Shown here piece by piece: positions 9,957 to 19,995 of a DNA stretch of 54,034 nucleotides. Made by a program: the position numbers and the translations under genes. The notes below the pieces were generated by a model. The model was given only the letters and a program-made list of their open reading frames with translations, had not been told where the DNA came from and made no database searches. Every line of letters starts with the position of its first letter. The first letter of the stretch is position 1. The DNA is from a virus (taxonomy: Duplodnaviria; Caudoviricetes). Location of the stretch: positions 1 through 54,034 of IMG/VR virus record IMGVR_UViG_3300025387_000022. One strand, 5' to 3'.

Positions 9957-10613
9957 TTAGCTTTCAATAGCAATCGCTTGTCTATCGGCAAGGCGTAATT
10001 GGTCTTCTTGTTTAAGGGTTTGCATCGCTTCTTGATATTTTTGTTGAAATATTTGGCGTTGGTCGTTTTTAACAAATAAGATAGCTTGCAACAAAGTTCC
10101 AAATAGCATCGCATTTGGCGCATTAATCGTTATCCAATTGGTTTGATTATCATTGGATAGCGGTGCTAATCGTTCGTAATACAATACTTCAAATGTATAG
10201 TTCTGGTCTGGTGTTGGGGCAACAATCCAATTATCATAGTTGTAATCGGCATAATATAGGGGTGTGCCTGTAGTTGTAGAACTTGGACTATATTGCCTTA
10301 AATATTCATATTTACGCAAGAAAACTGGTTGTATTTGCCCATTATTGGTTAAATTCATACTAACCGTTTTACGCCAACGTGCGGGCTTTGGAATTACAGG
10401 GTTAGATGCGGTCATCGTAGATTCAGCTACCTGCATTTGCCCTAGTGTTTTAATTTGTTGGGCAATTTCAAATTCCGCCAACATAATGAATTCAGGTATT
10501 TGATTTGTTACAGCGCTATCATTGCGTTCAAGGTATTGCTGAACGTCTAAAATCAGCGAATTATAGGTCATCGCCGATGCGTTGGTATTAGATGGGGTAG
10601 TTTGAGCTGCCAT
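9957..10613 (-). CDS. Head-tail adaptor / tail tubular protein A-like
   Basis: MTYNSL..DVQQYLER..IPEFIMLAE..VAPTPDQNY..LFGTL pattern typical of podovirus adaptors. Confidence 0.65.
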   Translation of the reverse strand: MAAQTTPSNTNASAMTYNSLILDVQQYLERNDSAVTNQIPEFIMLAEFEIAQQIKTLGQMQVAESTMTASNPVIPKPARWRKTVSMNLTNNGQIQPVFLRKYEYLRQYSPSSTTTGTPLYYADYNYDNWIVAPTPDQNYTFEVLYYERLAPLSNDNQTNWITINAPNAMLFGTLLQAILFVKNDQRQIFQQKYQEAMQTLKQEDQLRLADRQAIAIES

Positions 10614-10678
10614 AATTTATCCTTAAATATGCCAACCGTTTATCCCAAACGATTTTCGTTATTTTAAACCTTTTTTGC

Positions 10679-11194
10679 TTATGCAAGCATACTTTCTGCA
10701 CTTGTTTTTACTTCTGCTACACGATTTAACCAACCTTTGCCAAAAGTTTCAAACGTAGGAAATGATTTATAAAAGTTTTGTTTTTCTACACTAAAGTTTT
10801 CCAATATAGAACGTGGATTTGTTTTATTAATGGCTTCTATTGTTCCGTTTCCAATAATCCCATCGGCAACCACGCCAACAGCTTCTTGAATTAACTTAGC
10901 AGCTCGACCAACACCCATATTAACTGAAGCATCAAAAACTGCATAATCAATACCAGCTGGTAAATCATCACAACGGCACTTATCCCAATAGTTTTGTTTA
11001 TAAAGATTGTACACATCAACATCTGGAATAGCCTTTAATTCATCTTTTGTAATATGCGGATTACGTTTCCACGCACGATATACTTCTAGGGTAATACCTT
11101 TCATCGTAGCACCACCTGGGTCGCTTGGATTATCCGACCACCCGCCTTCGCTTTTTAATACATTTTGCAATGATGTAAAATAATTATCTTTCAT
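10679..11194 (-). CDS. Endolysin, glycoside hydrolase family 108 with peptidoglycan-binding domain
   Basis: EGGWSDNPSDPGGATMKGIT, FDASVNMG, ADGIIG, FGKGWLNR. Confidence 0.92.
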   Translation of the reverse strand: MKDNYFTSLQNVLKSEGGWSDNPSDPGGATMKGITLEVYRAWKRNPHITKDELKAIPDVDVYNLYKQNYWDKCRCDDLPAGIDYAVFDASVNMGVGRAAKLIQEAVGVVADGIIGNGTIEAINKTNPRSILENFSVEKQNFYKSFPTFETFGKGWLNRVAEVKTSAESMLA

Positions 11195-11685
11195 GTTGTA
11201 GGTGTACTTTGATGTAATAGTTCATCTTTCTTTTGACTACCCGCCGATGAACCAAAGTAAAAAGAAATAATACCAACCCACGCCGTAGATAATGAACCAA
11301 GCATAATCATTAATTCATCAGACTTTGTTGCATAGCCCATCATCAAAGCAAATAAAATTCCAAAAAATCCAGCTGTAATTAAAATGGAAAGTAATGGTGG
11401 AATCCATGAATGCGTTGCTGTTTGCATATCCCTTGCGGATTTACGGTCATCTACCGCAAGTTTTTCAAAATCTAAACCTAATTCTTGAGCCCTTGCTTGC
11501 AATTGAACTTCGGCTTGTTTAAGGTTCGCTAATTGTTCTGCTGTTAATTTACCAGATTCAATCGTTGATTGAACATCTTTTTCATCAATACCAAGCGCTT
11601 TAGATACTGCAGTAACCGCCAGCCCCGCTAGTGGTCCACCTAATGCCGTAGCTATACTTGGTGCTATTTGTGCTAACCAATCCAT
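11191..11685 (-). CDS. Holin-like membrane protein
   Basis: IATALGGPLAG N-terminus, DRKSARDMQ, two C-terminal TM helices, FYFGSSAGS; coupled to the endolysin. Confidence 0.75.
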   Translation of the reverse strand: MDWLAQIAPSIATALGGPLAGLAVTAVSKALGIDEKDVQSTIESGKLTAEQLANLKQAEVQLQARAQELGLDFEKLAVDDRKSARDMQTATHSWIPPLLSILITAGFFGILFALMMGYATKSDELMIMLGSLSTAWVGIISFYFGSSAGSQKKDELLHQSTPTT

Positions 11686-11756
11686 ATCAATCCTTTAACA
11701 AAATAATTAACATCATACAAACAAGTGCAAATATCGTCCACCATTTGAATATATTA

Positions 11757-11927
11757 TCATCCACGAACAATATCCTTTTTTGTTCTTTCTTCCGTAATCG
11801 TTCTTGTTATTACAAACCGTTTGGGTTTTGGTTTTAACAAGTGAATTTCATACCATAAATAAACAATATACGACCATAAAACTAATTCAATTAAAAATAC
11901 ACATAACCAATATTTTGCCCAATTCAT
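11757..11927 (-). CDS. Small membrane protein (56 aa) in the lysis region
   Basis: Manually translated MNWAKYWLCVFLIELVLWSYIVYLW...; ATGA overlap with the upstream gene. Confidence 0.55.
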   Translation of the reverse strand: MNWAKYWLCVFLIELVLWSYIVYLWYEIHLLKPKPKRFVITRTITEERTKKDIVRG

Positions 11928-12376
11928 ACAAGCCTAAAATAAAACAGCAATGTTGTAATAATGAAAGCTACGAAAAAACACCAAAATTGTACACGCCTTA
12001 CATCACTTAGCTTATGCCCATAATATTTTTTGTTTTCTTTATGTTCACGTTCTACAACAGCTTTTAATTCAACTACTTTAGCCCATTCTTTTGCGCCATA
12101 CTTCTTTTTAAAATTAGCTTCTGCCTTATTTTCGGCATCAATTATTTCACGTTGCGTTTCATATTCATTTATTGCTTTAAATATGATTGAATTACTATAA
12201 GATTCTTCTTGCGAATCTTTAATTTTCTTGTTGTGTAGTTGCTCCTTTGCAACTTCTAAACCATCATGCTGTATATCTTCAATACTTTTTGTAAGGCTTT
12301 TTCCAGCTTGCCTTGCACTATTTAATCCTTCGCTTAAAGATTTTGCTCCTTCAGCAATTGGGTTAATATCAGGCAT
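11924..12376 (-). CDS. Coiled-coil protein with C-terminal TM helix
   Basis: 150-aa ORF ending FWCFFVAFIITTLLFYF. Confidence 0.6.
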   Translation of the reverse strand: MPDINPIAEGAKSLSEGLNSARQAGKSLTKSIEDIQHDGLEVAKEQLHNKKIKDSQEESYSNSIIFKAINEYETQREIIDAENKAEANFKKKYGAKEWAKVVELKAVVEREHKENKKYYGHKLSDVRRVQFWCFFVAFIITTLLFYFRLV

Positions 12377-12377
12377 T

Positions 12378-12587
12378 TCATTTGATTAAATTCTTTACAA
12401 ATTCAACCAAAAAATCTTTACCAAAGAAAACAGAAGCAATTACCGCATACAACAAATATTCAATACGTTCCATGCGTTTTGTACCTTTTTCAAAAGATTC
12501 CAAAATAGCGTTATACCGTTCTTCACAAACGGCTTCATGTACTGATAATCGCTTATCTGTATCGGCGATAATTGCATCCATATCCAT
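12378..12587 (-). CDS. Small membrane protein (XhlA-like lysis accessory)
   Basis: RLSVHEAVCEERY coiled coil followed by a TM segment. Confidence 0.55.
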   Translation of the reverse strand: MDMDAIIADTDKRLSVHEAVCEERYNAILESFEKGTKRMERIEYLLYAVIASVFFGKDFLVEFVKNLIK

Positions 12588-12775
12588 TATTGCGCAGGAG
12601 CTTCAGGTGTAGAAGGTGTTGTTTCAACTGTAGGCGGTGCTACAACCGCAGGAGTTTCATCAACCTTTACACGGGTAATATCCCCGTGGTCAGTGTTGTA
12701 TCCAAGTGCTGATTCAACTTGATGAACAATCTTTTCTGCAGTTTCTTCAATTTTCTTCAGTAAGTCCATAAACAC
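12587..12775 (-). CDS. Hypothetical protein
   Basis: 62-aa ORF preceded by AAGGAG. Confidence 0.55.
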   Translation of the reverse strand: MFMDLLKKIEETAEKIVHQVESALGYNTDHGDITRVKVDETPAVVAPPTVETTPSTPEAPAQ

Positions 12776-12778
12776 TCC

Positions 12779-12958
12779 TTATTGGGTTGTGGTTGGTGGA
12801 TTTGTATCTAATATTTCTTGCTGTACAGGAGTTGCACCTTGCTCACCTGCTTGTTTTTGAATCTCATTAATTAATCCCGCAACTTCAACAAAAGGTCTAG
12901 AACCAAGATACTGAAGAATGCCGTTAATTAAATCAGTTGTTAATGCTATTTTTTCCAT
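12779..12958 (-). CDS. Small hypothetical protein (59 aa)
   Basis: Manually translated MEKIALTTDLINGILQYLGSRPFVEVAGLINEIQKQA...; AGGA upstream. Confidence 0.65.
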   Translation of the reverse strand: MEKIALTTDLINGILQYLGSRPFVEVAGLINEIQKQAGEQGATPVQQEILDTNPPTTTQ

Positions 12959-13012
12959 TTTTTAATATCCTAAAAAATTGCCACCAAAAAGGGCTGATGG
13001 CTTACCCTAAAA

Positions 13013-13366
13013 TTAAGACTGAACCCAAGGCAACGGTGGCTGTGTTACTGTTGGATTAATTAAATTGTTTAAATTAGTGTTTACAGCAGCTTCAGTAGCT
13101 TCTTGATTAATGCCGTTTGACCAACACCATCCAACAACTTGTGATTGCGTTAATTGAGAATATGGCGTAAATGAACCACCTTCTGCTGGCTCAGGGAATG
13201 TACAAGTTCCATATACGCTGTTTGTAAATTCTACTGGTGGAGTTGCTGTATTTGATTCTGTACCTGTGCATCTCCAGCCTGCTGTTAATACTACTTCTGA
13301 ATGACCATTAATGGTTTGTGTAGATGCGTCCATCCAATCAATAGTCCAGTTAATTGTTGCTGACAT
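13013..13366 (-). CDS. Tail-fibre-associated small protein
   Basis: FTPYSQLTQSQVVGW...PPLPW pattern, usually found downstream of tail fibres. Confidence 0.6.
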   Translation of the reverse strand: MSATINWTIDWMDASTQTINGHSEVVLTAGWRCTGTESNTATPPVEFTNSVYGTCTFPEPAEGGSFTPYSQLTQSQVVGWCWSNGINQEATEAAVNTNLNNLINPTVTQPPLPWVQS

Positions 13367-13367
13367 A

Positions 13368-13862
13368 TTAAACTCCTATCTTTGTATAATTACCATGATA
13401 TTTATTACGAGCTTCAATGGCAACAAGCTCGGCTAATTCTAAATCTTTAAAATAACCTATGTTTTTAGATTGTTTATCAACAGATAATCGAACAGTCCAT
13501 GACTTACTTTTTTTATGCCAAGATACACCTTTTGTTCTTGATGTATTGTTTTTTGCTAAACATTTATTTAATTGATTTTGACTACGAGTAACTTCACGCA
13601 AGTTTTCTAATCTATTGTCTTTTCTATCACCATTAATATGGTCTATTTCTTTAGGAAAATAACCATAAACATATAACCAAATTAACCTATGTGCTTTGTG
13701 TTGCTTTCCCATAAATGTAATATGACGATAACCTGTAGGATGAATAAAACCAGCTTTTTGACCTATTAATTTTGATTGATTTAGATGAACAACATTTTTC
13801 CAATAAAGACAATCATCTTTAAATTCAAAATAATGTTTAACAGTTTCTTGAGTAATGTTCAT
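13368..13862 (-). mobile_element. HNH homing endonuclease with AP2-like DNA-binding domain
   Basis: AHRLIW...IDHINGDRKDNRLENLR...N; KGVSWHKKSKSW...IGYFKDLELA. Confidence 0.9.
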
Positions 13863-13877
13863 ATTAAAATTTTATAT

Positions 13878-15758
13878 TTAGCAAAGTTTTACAGCACAAA
13901 GTGTAACTGTTGATGCAGTAAATCCACTTGTTTGTTGATATGTAATAGTTCCATTAGTTGAATTATTTGCAGATGTTATTGACGACCAAGTAAAGTTTTT
14001 TGTAGACATAGATTGAATATCTGCTTTTCCAGTTGAACCATCATAATAAATAGTTACCATAGCCATACCGCCAATAACAACAGAACCACTAATATTTGAA
14101 TTTGCAGTTACTAAATAAGTACCAGTAGTAGCTCCAGCAAGAACAGTATTTGTTGTATTTGTTGCAGTTGCTACTGAAGAATTTGATGCTGTTGATTTAA
14201 AAATATTACCAGCAACAACTAATTGATTTGAACCACTTGGTGAACTTGTAGTTCCTAAAAGCAAGTTTCCTGAGTTGTCTAATGTGAGTGCTTGGGTAAA
14301 TGTTATAGCGTTTCCTGCTGTTCCTGATGGTGCTATAAACCACTGATGACTACCACCAGCATTATTCATAATATATCGTGTTGCATAACTACTTGTGAGA
14401 TATATTGGACTAAATGAAGTATTAAGATAGAAATTATCATTTAATGATGTATAAGTTGCGGCAGAAGCAATAGAACCTGTAGAATTTATTTGTAGTGCTT
14501 TATATCCACTTGCCCATGCACTAGGAGTAACTCCAAGTCCTAGATTGCCTGATGAATCAAGCGTCATTGATGCAGAGCCACCATTATTGACAATCCATTG
14601 ATGACCTGCACCAGTTGCAGACCAATACGCTAAATCATCGCTTGTTCCTGAAATAATTGCAGAATAAGAACCAATTAAATTTTTCTGTACGCTTGCTTTA
14701 TCAAAACGAATATATGGACCATATCCTGAAGTCCCTAAAGAATTAATCCTAAATGTTGTTTGTGCCGTTCCTGCACCTAAATCTAATGGATAACTAGGAC
14801 TACTTGTACCTATTCCTAGATAGCCAGCAGATGTAAACCTAGCAACTTCTGTACTAGCAGTATTTATACTTATATATGATGAACTACCACCTTTAATTAT
14901 TACTTGTTGTGCTCCTGTACCATCACCACGCAATTGCAAAGCACCAGCAGCATTTCCATTTAAATAAACAGAATTGTTTGACGCATAATTGGATAAAGTA
15001 CCATCTACGTTATATAAAGTAGTGTTATATGATTGCGTAATGCCATTAACAGTTAATCCACTTGTTGAAGAATAACTCAATGTACTTGCAGAACTAAACG
15101 CACTTGTGCCATTTCCATAAGGAATATATCCTGATGTTAATGTTGTTAATCCTGTGCCACCATAAGCAACACCAAGAGCATTAGTTAAATTAAGTGTATT
15201 AGCCGTTAAAGTTGTTCCGTTAAAAGTAAGATTAGAACTATCTTGTAATAATCCACTTGTACCAGCGTAAGTTACTCGACCACTTGTAAGTCCTGAGTCG
15301 GTAATAGAGCTAAATGTTCCTGAGCCAATGTTAATGCTGTTTACCCATTGAGGTGCTGTTCCTGAAGATGACAGTATGTAGTTTGCTGTACCAATAGCAA
15401 GTTTAGATAAGGCTGTACCTGACGCATAGTAAGGTAAGTCTCCTGCTGTGTAGCTCGATAAACCTGTTCCGCCATTGCTTGTTATCAATGTGCCTGCAAC
15501 GGTAATTGCACCTGTGGTTGCGGTATTAGGTGTTAAGCCTGTTGTGCCGAAGCTAATAGATGATACGTTGATATTGCCTGCTTTAGATGCCAATACTTGA
15601 ACATTACCTGACGCATCTTTATAAAACAATTTTCCATCAAAATAGTTAAGCGCAAGCTCTGCACCTGTAGATGTAGAAGTTAAATTTGCAGCACTAGGCG
15701 TATTGCCTGTCGTGCCACTTGCATAGATTAAAATTGGTGTGTACCCACTCTGCGACAT
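13878..15758 (-). CDS. Tail fibre / receptor-binding protein
   Basis: Mtd_N-like N-terminus (TPSAANL...ELALNYFDGKLFYKD), repeated MTLDSSGNLGLG / GYLGIGTSSP fibre modules. Confidence 0.8.
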   Translation of the reverse strand: MSQSGYTPILIYASGTTGNTPSAANLTSTSTGAELALNYFDGKLFYKDASGNVQVLASKAGNINVSSISFGTTGLTPNTATTGAITVAGTLITSNGGTGLSSYTAGDLPYYASGTALSKLAIGTANYILSSSGTAPQWVNSINIGSGTFSSITDSGLTSGRVTYAGTSGLLQDSSNLTFNGTTLTANTLNLTNALGVAYGGTGLTTLTSGYIPYGNGTSAFSSASTLSYSSTSGLTVNGITQSYNTTLYNVDGTLSNYASNNSVYLNGNAAGALQLRGDGTGAQQVIIKGGSSSYISINTASTEVARFTSAGYLGIGTSSPSYPLDLGAGTAQTTFRINSLGTSGYGPYIRFDKASVQKNLIGSYSAIISGTSDDLAYWSATGAGHQWIVNNGGSASMTLDSSGNLGLGVTPSAWASGYKALQINSTGSIASAATYTSLNDNFYLNTSFSPIYLTSSYATRYIMNNAGGSHQWFIAPSGTAGNAITFTQALTLDNSGNLLLGTTSSPSGSNQLVVAGNIFKSTASNSSVATATNTTNTVLAGATTGTYLVTANSNISGSVVIGGMAMVTIYYDGSTGKADIQSMSTKNFTWSSITSANNSTNGTITYQQTSGFTASTVTLCAVKLC

Positions 15759-15794
15759 ATCTAACTCCTTTTGTTTAATTATATAACTATTCTA

Positions 15795-18599
15795 TTAAAA
15801 TCCACCGCCAGAAATACCAGATGTTGCATTTAACGTAGTAAATTTCCCGCTGCTTGTAGTTGTATTTCCGATTGGTGTTCCATCAATACTTCCTCCAGTA
15901 ATTGCTACACTATTTGCGTTTTGCGTGGACATTGTTCCTAGCCCACTTACCTGTGTATTTGTTATTGCAATAGATGTGCTACTTGCAGCAGTTAATTGCC
16001 CTTGCGCATTTACCGTAAATGTTGCAACACTACTTGCCGAACCATATGAACCTGCAGTTACCGTTGTGCTTGCAATCGCAATTGTTACCGCCGAAGCACC
16101 CGTATAACTTGTCCCGCTTAACCCCGTACCGATTGTTAAAGCGAAAGGGTTTGCAGCTGTTATAGTTCCATTTCCGCCTAATGATATAGAAGTACTATTG
16201 ACTGTAATACTTGAATTAGCCAATTGTGCATTTGTAATCGTTCCACTTAAAGAAGTTGTAGGAATCGTTGTAGATGCTGTAACCGCACTTGTGCCATTAG
16301 CATACATATAACCAGTCAAACCTGTAACGGTCAAACTTGTAAATGCTTCCGATGAACTACCATTAATCTTTTCCCAAGCACTTGTTGTGCCATTAAAAAT
16401 AGCCCAATCACCTACCGACCATAAAGAAATACCATTTAAAGTTGTTGTTCCTGCGGTTGATACAACATAATAATTATTATTCGTACCTACACTAGATGTT
16501 AAAGTTGGGCTATTTGTAGATGCATTCCATGTGCCTTGATATGCGGGTGAATTTAATGCATTTGTCGTAATAGATGTAATTTGACCCTGTGCATTCACCG
16601 TAACAGACGGTATTGCCGAAGCCGAGCCATATGTTCCTGCATTTACGCCTGTATTTGATATAGCAATCGTTACTGCTGATGACCCATTAAAAGATGTTCC
16701 GCTTAAACCTGTACCTATAGTTAAAGCATTTGGTGTATTAGCCGTAATTGTTCCGCTACCGCCTAAAGATATTGATGTGCTATTTACTGTGATGCTTGAA
16801 TTAGCAAGATTGGCATTTGTAATTCCAGCCGTTCCACTTAAATTGCTATTCGTTAATCCAGAAATTGTATTTGAAGCAGCTGCAATTGTTTTATTTGTTA
16901 GTGTATCGGTTGTTGCACGCCCTACCAAAGTATCTGTAGATGTTGGCAATGTTAGCGTGCCTGTATTGCTAATTGTGCTGATTATAGGGTTTGTCAGCGT
17001 TTTGTTTGTTAAAGTTTGCGTACCTGTTAACGTGACTACGGTTGAATCAATTGCAATCGTTACTGGCGAAGAACCGTTAAAACTTGTGCCTGATAATCCC
17101 GTTCCTATTGTCAACGCATTAGGAGTATTCGCTGTAATGGTTGCACTACCACCTAGTGATATGCTTGTGCTATTAATAGTGATAGAACTATTTTGTAATT
17201 GTGAATTGGTTACATTAGATAATGCCCCACCCAACACAATATTTCCACTAGTTGTTACCGTTCCCGTAAGCGTAATACCGTTTACAGAACCCGTACCCGA
17301 TACCGAAGTTACCGTTCCAGAGCCTTTATTGTTAAAAGTATTCCAATCGGATGATGTTAAGTAACCATTATTAGATGCGGTTGCAACCGACATTGAAATT
17401 GTTGGGGTTGTACCACCACTAGATGATACTGGGCTTGTTGCACCTACCGAAGTTACATAAGAACCTGAAGGCTGTTTGTTATTAAAAGTATTCCAATCGG
17501 TTGATGATAAGTATCCACTTGTGCTTGCACTTGCTTGTGTAATACTAATCGTAGGTGTATTTCCGCCACTAGATTGAATCGGCGCAGTACCAGATACCGA
17601 TGTAATTGTTCCAACATTAACCAAACCACCTAAACTTACGGTATTAGAATTAATCGTAATGCTTGAATTCGCTAATTGCGCATTGGATATTGTTCCAGAT
17701 AAATCGGTAGTTGGAATAGTTGTGCTAGCGGTAAACGCACTTGTTCCATTACCGATTAAATACCCCGTTAAAGTAGTAGCCCCTGTACCGCCAGAAGACG
17801 GATTAAGCGTGCCAGCTAGGGTTACTATCCCGCCTGTAGGTGAACTTGGTGTTAATCCCGATAAGTTTGTTTGAAAGGTTGTAACACCGCCAGTTAATGA
17901 AAATGATTGCCATCCAGAAACATTGAAACCTTCAAATGTACCGCTACTAGTGTTGTATCGAATTGCACCCGTGCTGCCAACCCTTTGTGCGGTTGTTCCG
18001 TTTGGTAATGTAACTGAACCACTTCCAGGAAATACTGCGTTATTTGCAATACTAAAGGTTGGGGTAGATGAACCATCTCCCCCCGCAATACTGATTTGAT
18101 TAGTTGTTCCCGTTAATACATTAACACTTAACGCCGTTCCATTGCTAGAAATAAACCCATCACCGCCTAAGCTAGCTAGCGCTAAAGGTAAACCATTTAA
18201 CCCTATTGTTGGGTTGCCACTTACGCCGTTTGCATTTGTAATACTTAAGCCAGCACCCGTTGATACAATGCTTCGATTAGTTACAGTACTACCGCTATTT
18301 TTTACAATAATTCCCTGTGATGCATTTTCTAACGATGCCGATACGCCATTAAGGAAAAAAGAAAATTGACCTTGTGGTGAACCCGTTGATGTTCCTATAC
18401 CTAATCCACCTACTAAACTACGGCTATTTGCAAGGGTTGGTTCTTGATTTACAGTAACAAAAGTTTGTTGTTGGGTAGGGCTGTTTGCAATTGCAGCTAC
18501 GGTAGTTTGTACCGTAAGCCCGCCTTGTTGAATAGGCACTTGTTCCGTACCAATTAAAGCGGTGGCTAATGGTAATTCAGTTATCGTCTTATTCGTCAT
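15795..18599 (-). CDS. Long tail fibre protein with internal repeats
   Basis: KTITELPLA start; NAQLANSSITINS..SLGG x4, ALTIGTGLSGTS x3, GYL.S.DWNTFNNK x2, YQGTWNASTN; ends GISGGGF. Confidence 0.8.
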   Translation of the reverse strand: MTNKTITELPLATALIGTEQVPIQQGGLTVQTTVAAIANSPTQQQTFVTVNQEPTLANSRSLVGGLGIGTSTGSPQGQFSFFLNGVSASLENASQGIIVKNSGSTVTNRSIVSTGAGLSITNANGVSGNPTIGLNGLPLALASLGGDGFISSNGTALSVNVLTGTTNQISIAGGDGSSTPTFSIANNAVFPGSGSVTLPNGTTAQRVGSTGAIRYNTSSGTFEGFNVSGWQSFSLTGGVTTFQTNLSGLTPSSPTGGIVTLAGTLNPSSGGTGATTLTGYLIGNGTSAFTASTTIPTTDLSGTISNAQLANSSITINSNTVSLGGLVNVGTITSVSGTAPIQSSGGNTPTISITQASASTSGYLSSTDWNTFNNKQPSGSYVTSVGATSPVSSSGGTTPTISMSVATASNNGYLTSSDWNTFNNKGSGTVTSVSGTGSVNGITLTGTVTTSGNIVLGGALSNVTNSQLQNSSITINSTSISLGGSATITANTPNALTIGTGLSGTSFNGSSPVTIAIDSTVVTLTGTQTLTNKTLTNPIISTISNTGTLTLPTSTDTLVGRATTDTLTNKTIAAASNTISGLTNSNLSGTAGITNANLANSSITVNSTSISLGGSGTITANTPNALTIGTGLSGTSFNGSSAVTIAISNTGVNAGTYGSASAIPSVTVNAQGQITSITTNALNSPAYQGTWNASTNSPTLTSSVGTNNNYYVVSTAGTTTLNGISLWSVGDWAIFNGTTSAWEKINGSSSEAFTSLTVTGLTGYMYANGTSAVTASTTIPTTSLSGTITNAQLANSSITVNSTSISLGGNGTITAANPFALTIGTGLSGTSYTGASAVTIAIASTTVTAGSYGSASSVATFTVNAQGQLTAASSTSIAITNTQVSGLGTMSTQNANSVAITGGSIDGTPIGNTTTSSGKFTTLNATSGISGGGF

Positions 18600-18940
18600 G
18601 GATTCGTATTCACAGGTAAATAAGTGATACCTTCTAAATTTCCATTTTCTGTATATGGTGTTTGTAAAGATAATAAATCTTGTGCGCCAGGGGTTGTAAC
18701 GATTTGATTATTTCCAGTAGCAATATTTGCATCTGGGCGTGGAAACCTTACAGAAATCTTTTCTGGTTGGCGCATTTTTAAACGATAAGGGTCTTTATTA
18801 TCAATACACCCAAATTTACACACACGAAGCCCTGGGGTATTACCATCTTCTTGAACATCCGTGTAGGCACGCTTCATTTTGCATCTATCGCAAACCTGAA
18901 TTGTAAGTACAGCATTACCCCGTGTATTAAGCCATTTCAT
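18596..18940 (-). CDS. Cys-motif (Zn-binding-like) virion-associated protein
   Basis: CDRC...VCKFGC motif; coupled between adaptor and fibre genes. Confidence 0.55.
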   Translation of the reverse strand: MKWLNTRGNAVLTIQVCDRCKMKRAYTDVQEDGNTPGLRVCKFGCIDNKDPYRLKMRQPEKISVRFPRPDANIATGNNQIVTTPGAQDLLSLQTPYTENGNLEGITYLPVNTNP

Positions 18941-19995
18941 CTTGTATATACGCTAATGTTTGGCGCAAAATAAATTGGTGATTTATCACGTTCTTCTTCT
19001 TGCACAATATGTAAATATTTTTCAGCTTGTTGTTCGCAATAAGCAATTCTTGCTGGGTCAACCTGCGGTAATTCCATCGCCATTTGATGCGCCAACATGT
19101 TTTGTATAGCTAAATACCACCGTTGCGGTATTTCAATTGAACCATTTAATGCGCCAACATCTTGTATATACCGTGTACACCATGCTACGATTTGTGGTGA
19201 ATAAATAGCGGGCGCAGGCCATAGAACCATTGTTGGTTGGGGTATGGTTCGGTTCAACCAATATTGCAATGGATAATTATTTAAAAAGTTTTTGTTTGGC
19301 AAATTAACATAATCATCACGGTTCATACGGAACATTGGTATTTCCGTTGGATTAGAACCAAAATTAACTTGATAAAAACCCATGTTTGTACCGCTTGTTT
19401 GCAATATTCTCCAATAAGGCGCACTAGTAGATGGGTCTAAATCGTTATAAATCCATTGCCCACTTACCCATGATGTAGTAGTTGGGGTAACAATGGTTGT
19501 CCATGTAGAACCATCTTGCGATGATTGTATTTGATAATTAACCGTTCCCGTAATTGCAGGTAGAATGCCAACAGACGCCATGTAAATGGGGTTTTGTGTG
19601 CCGTTGTTAATACCAATATAACCTGTATTCGTAGTTAATTGACAAATATTTGTGTAAGCACCGTCAAAGGCATTAGCAGATGTTCCTGATGAAGAATTAT
19701 AGCCCTGCGTATTAATTGTAAAATACCGATAATTGGCATTTAACACATCATTTGTTCCTACGGGCAATAAATATTCGTATTGGTCGGGATACAACCCAAT
19801 TACATTCTTTTGAATAGCCCAATACTGCACACCATAATTTACTAAGTTCGATAGTAAATAATAAAGCGATTGTTTTGATGCAAATATTTCTTCCGATGTT
19901 AATTCTTCGGCAAGTTTACCCGCCCTTCTAGCACCGCTATCAATCAGGTTTTGAACCGTTACAACAGTGGTAGATACCGTTCCGCTTGTAGTCAT
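18937..19995 (-). CDS. Neck/adaptor protein with inserted discoidin-like domain
   Basis: Start MTTSGT (TAATG overlap at 19995); ANAFDG...QSSQDGSTWT...APYWRI insert; LWPAP...IPQRWY C-terminus. Confidence 0.6.
   Translation of the reverse strand: MTTSGTVSTTVVTVQNLIDSGARRAGKLAEELTSEEIFASKQSLYYLLSNLVNYGVQYWAIQKNVIGLYPDQYEYLLPVGTNDVLNANYRYFTINTQGYNSSSGTSANAFDGAYTNICQLTTNTGYIGINNGTQNPIYMASVGILPAITGTVNYQIQSSQDGSTWTTIVTPTTTSWVSGQWIYNDLDPSTSAPYWRILQTSGTNMGFYQVNFGSNPTEIPMFRMNRDDYVNLPNKNFLNNYPLQYWLNRTIPQPTMVLWPAPAIYSPQIVAWCTRYIQDVGALNGSIEIPQRWYLAIQNMLAHQMAMELPQVDPARIAYCEQQAEKYLHIVQEEERDKSPIYFAPNISVYTR

Noticed and set aside
13878-15758. Diversity-generating retroelement target (Mtd-like N-terminus)
   Set aside because: No reverse transcriptase and no template/variable repeat pair seen
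15925-18369. Plus-strand ORFs opposite the long tail fibre, including 195 aa at 16777
   Set aside because: Antisense to a repetitive T/S/G-rich gene; stop-poor by codon bias
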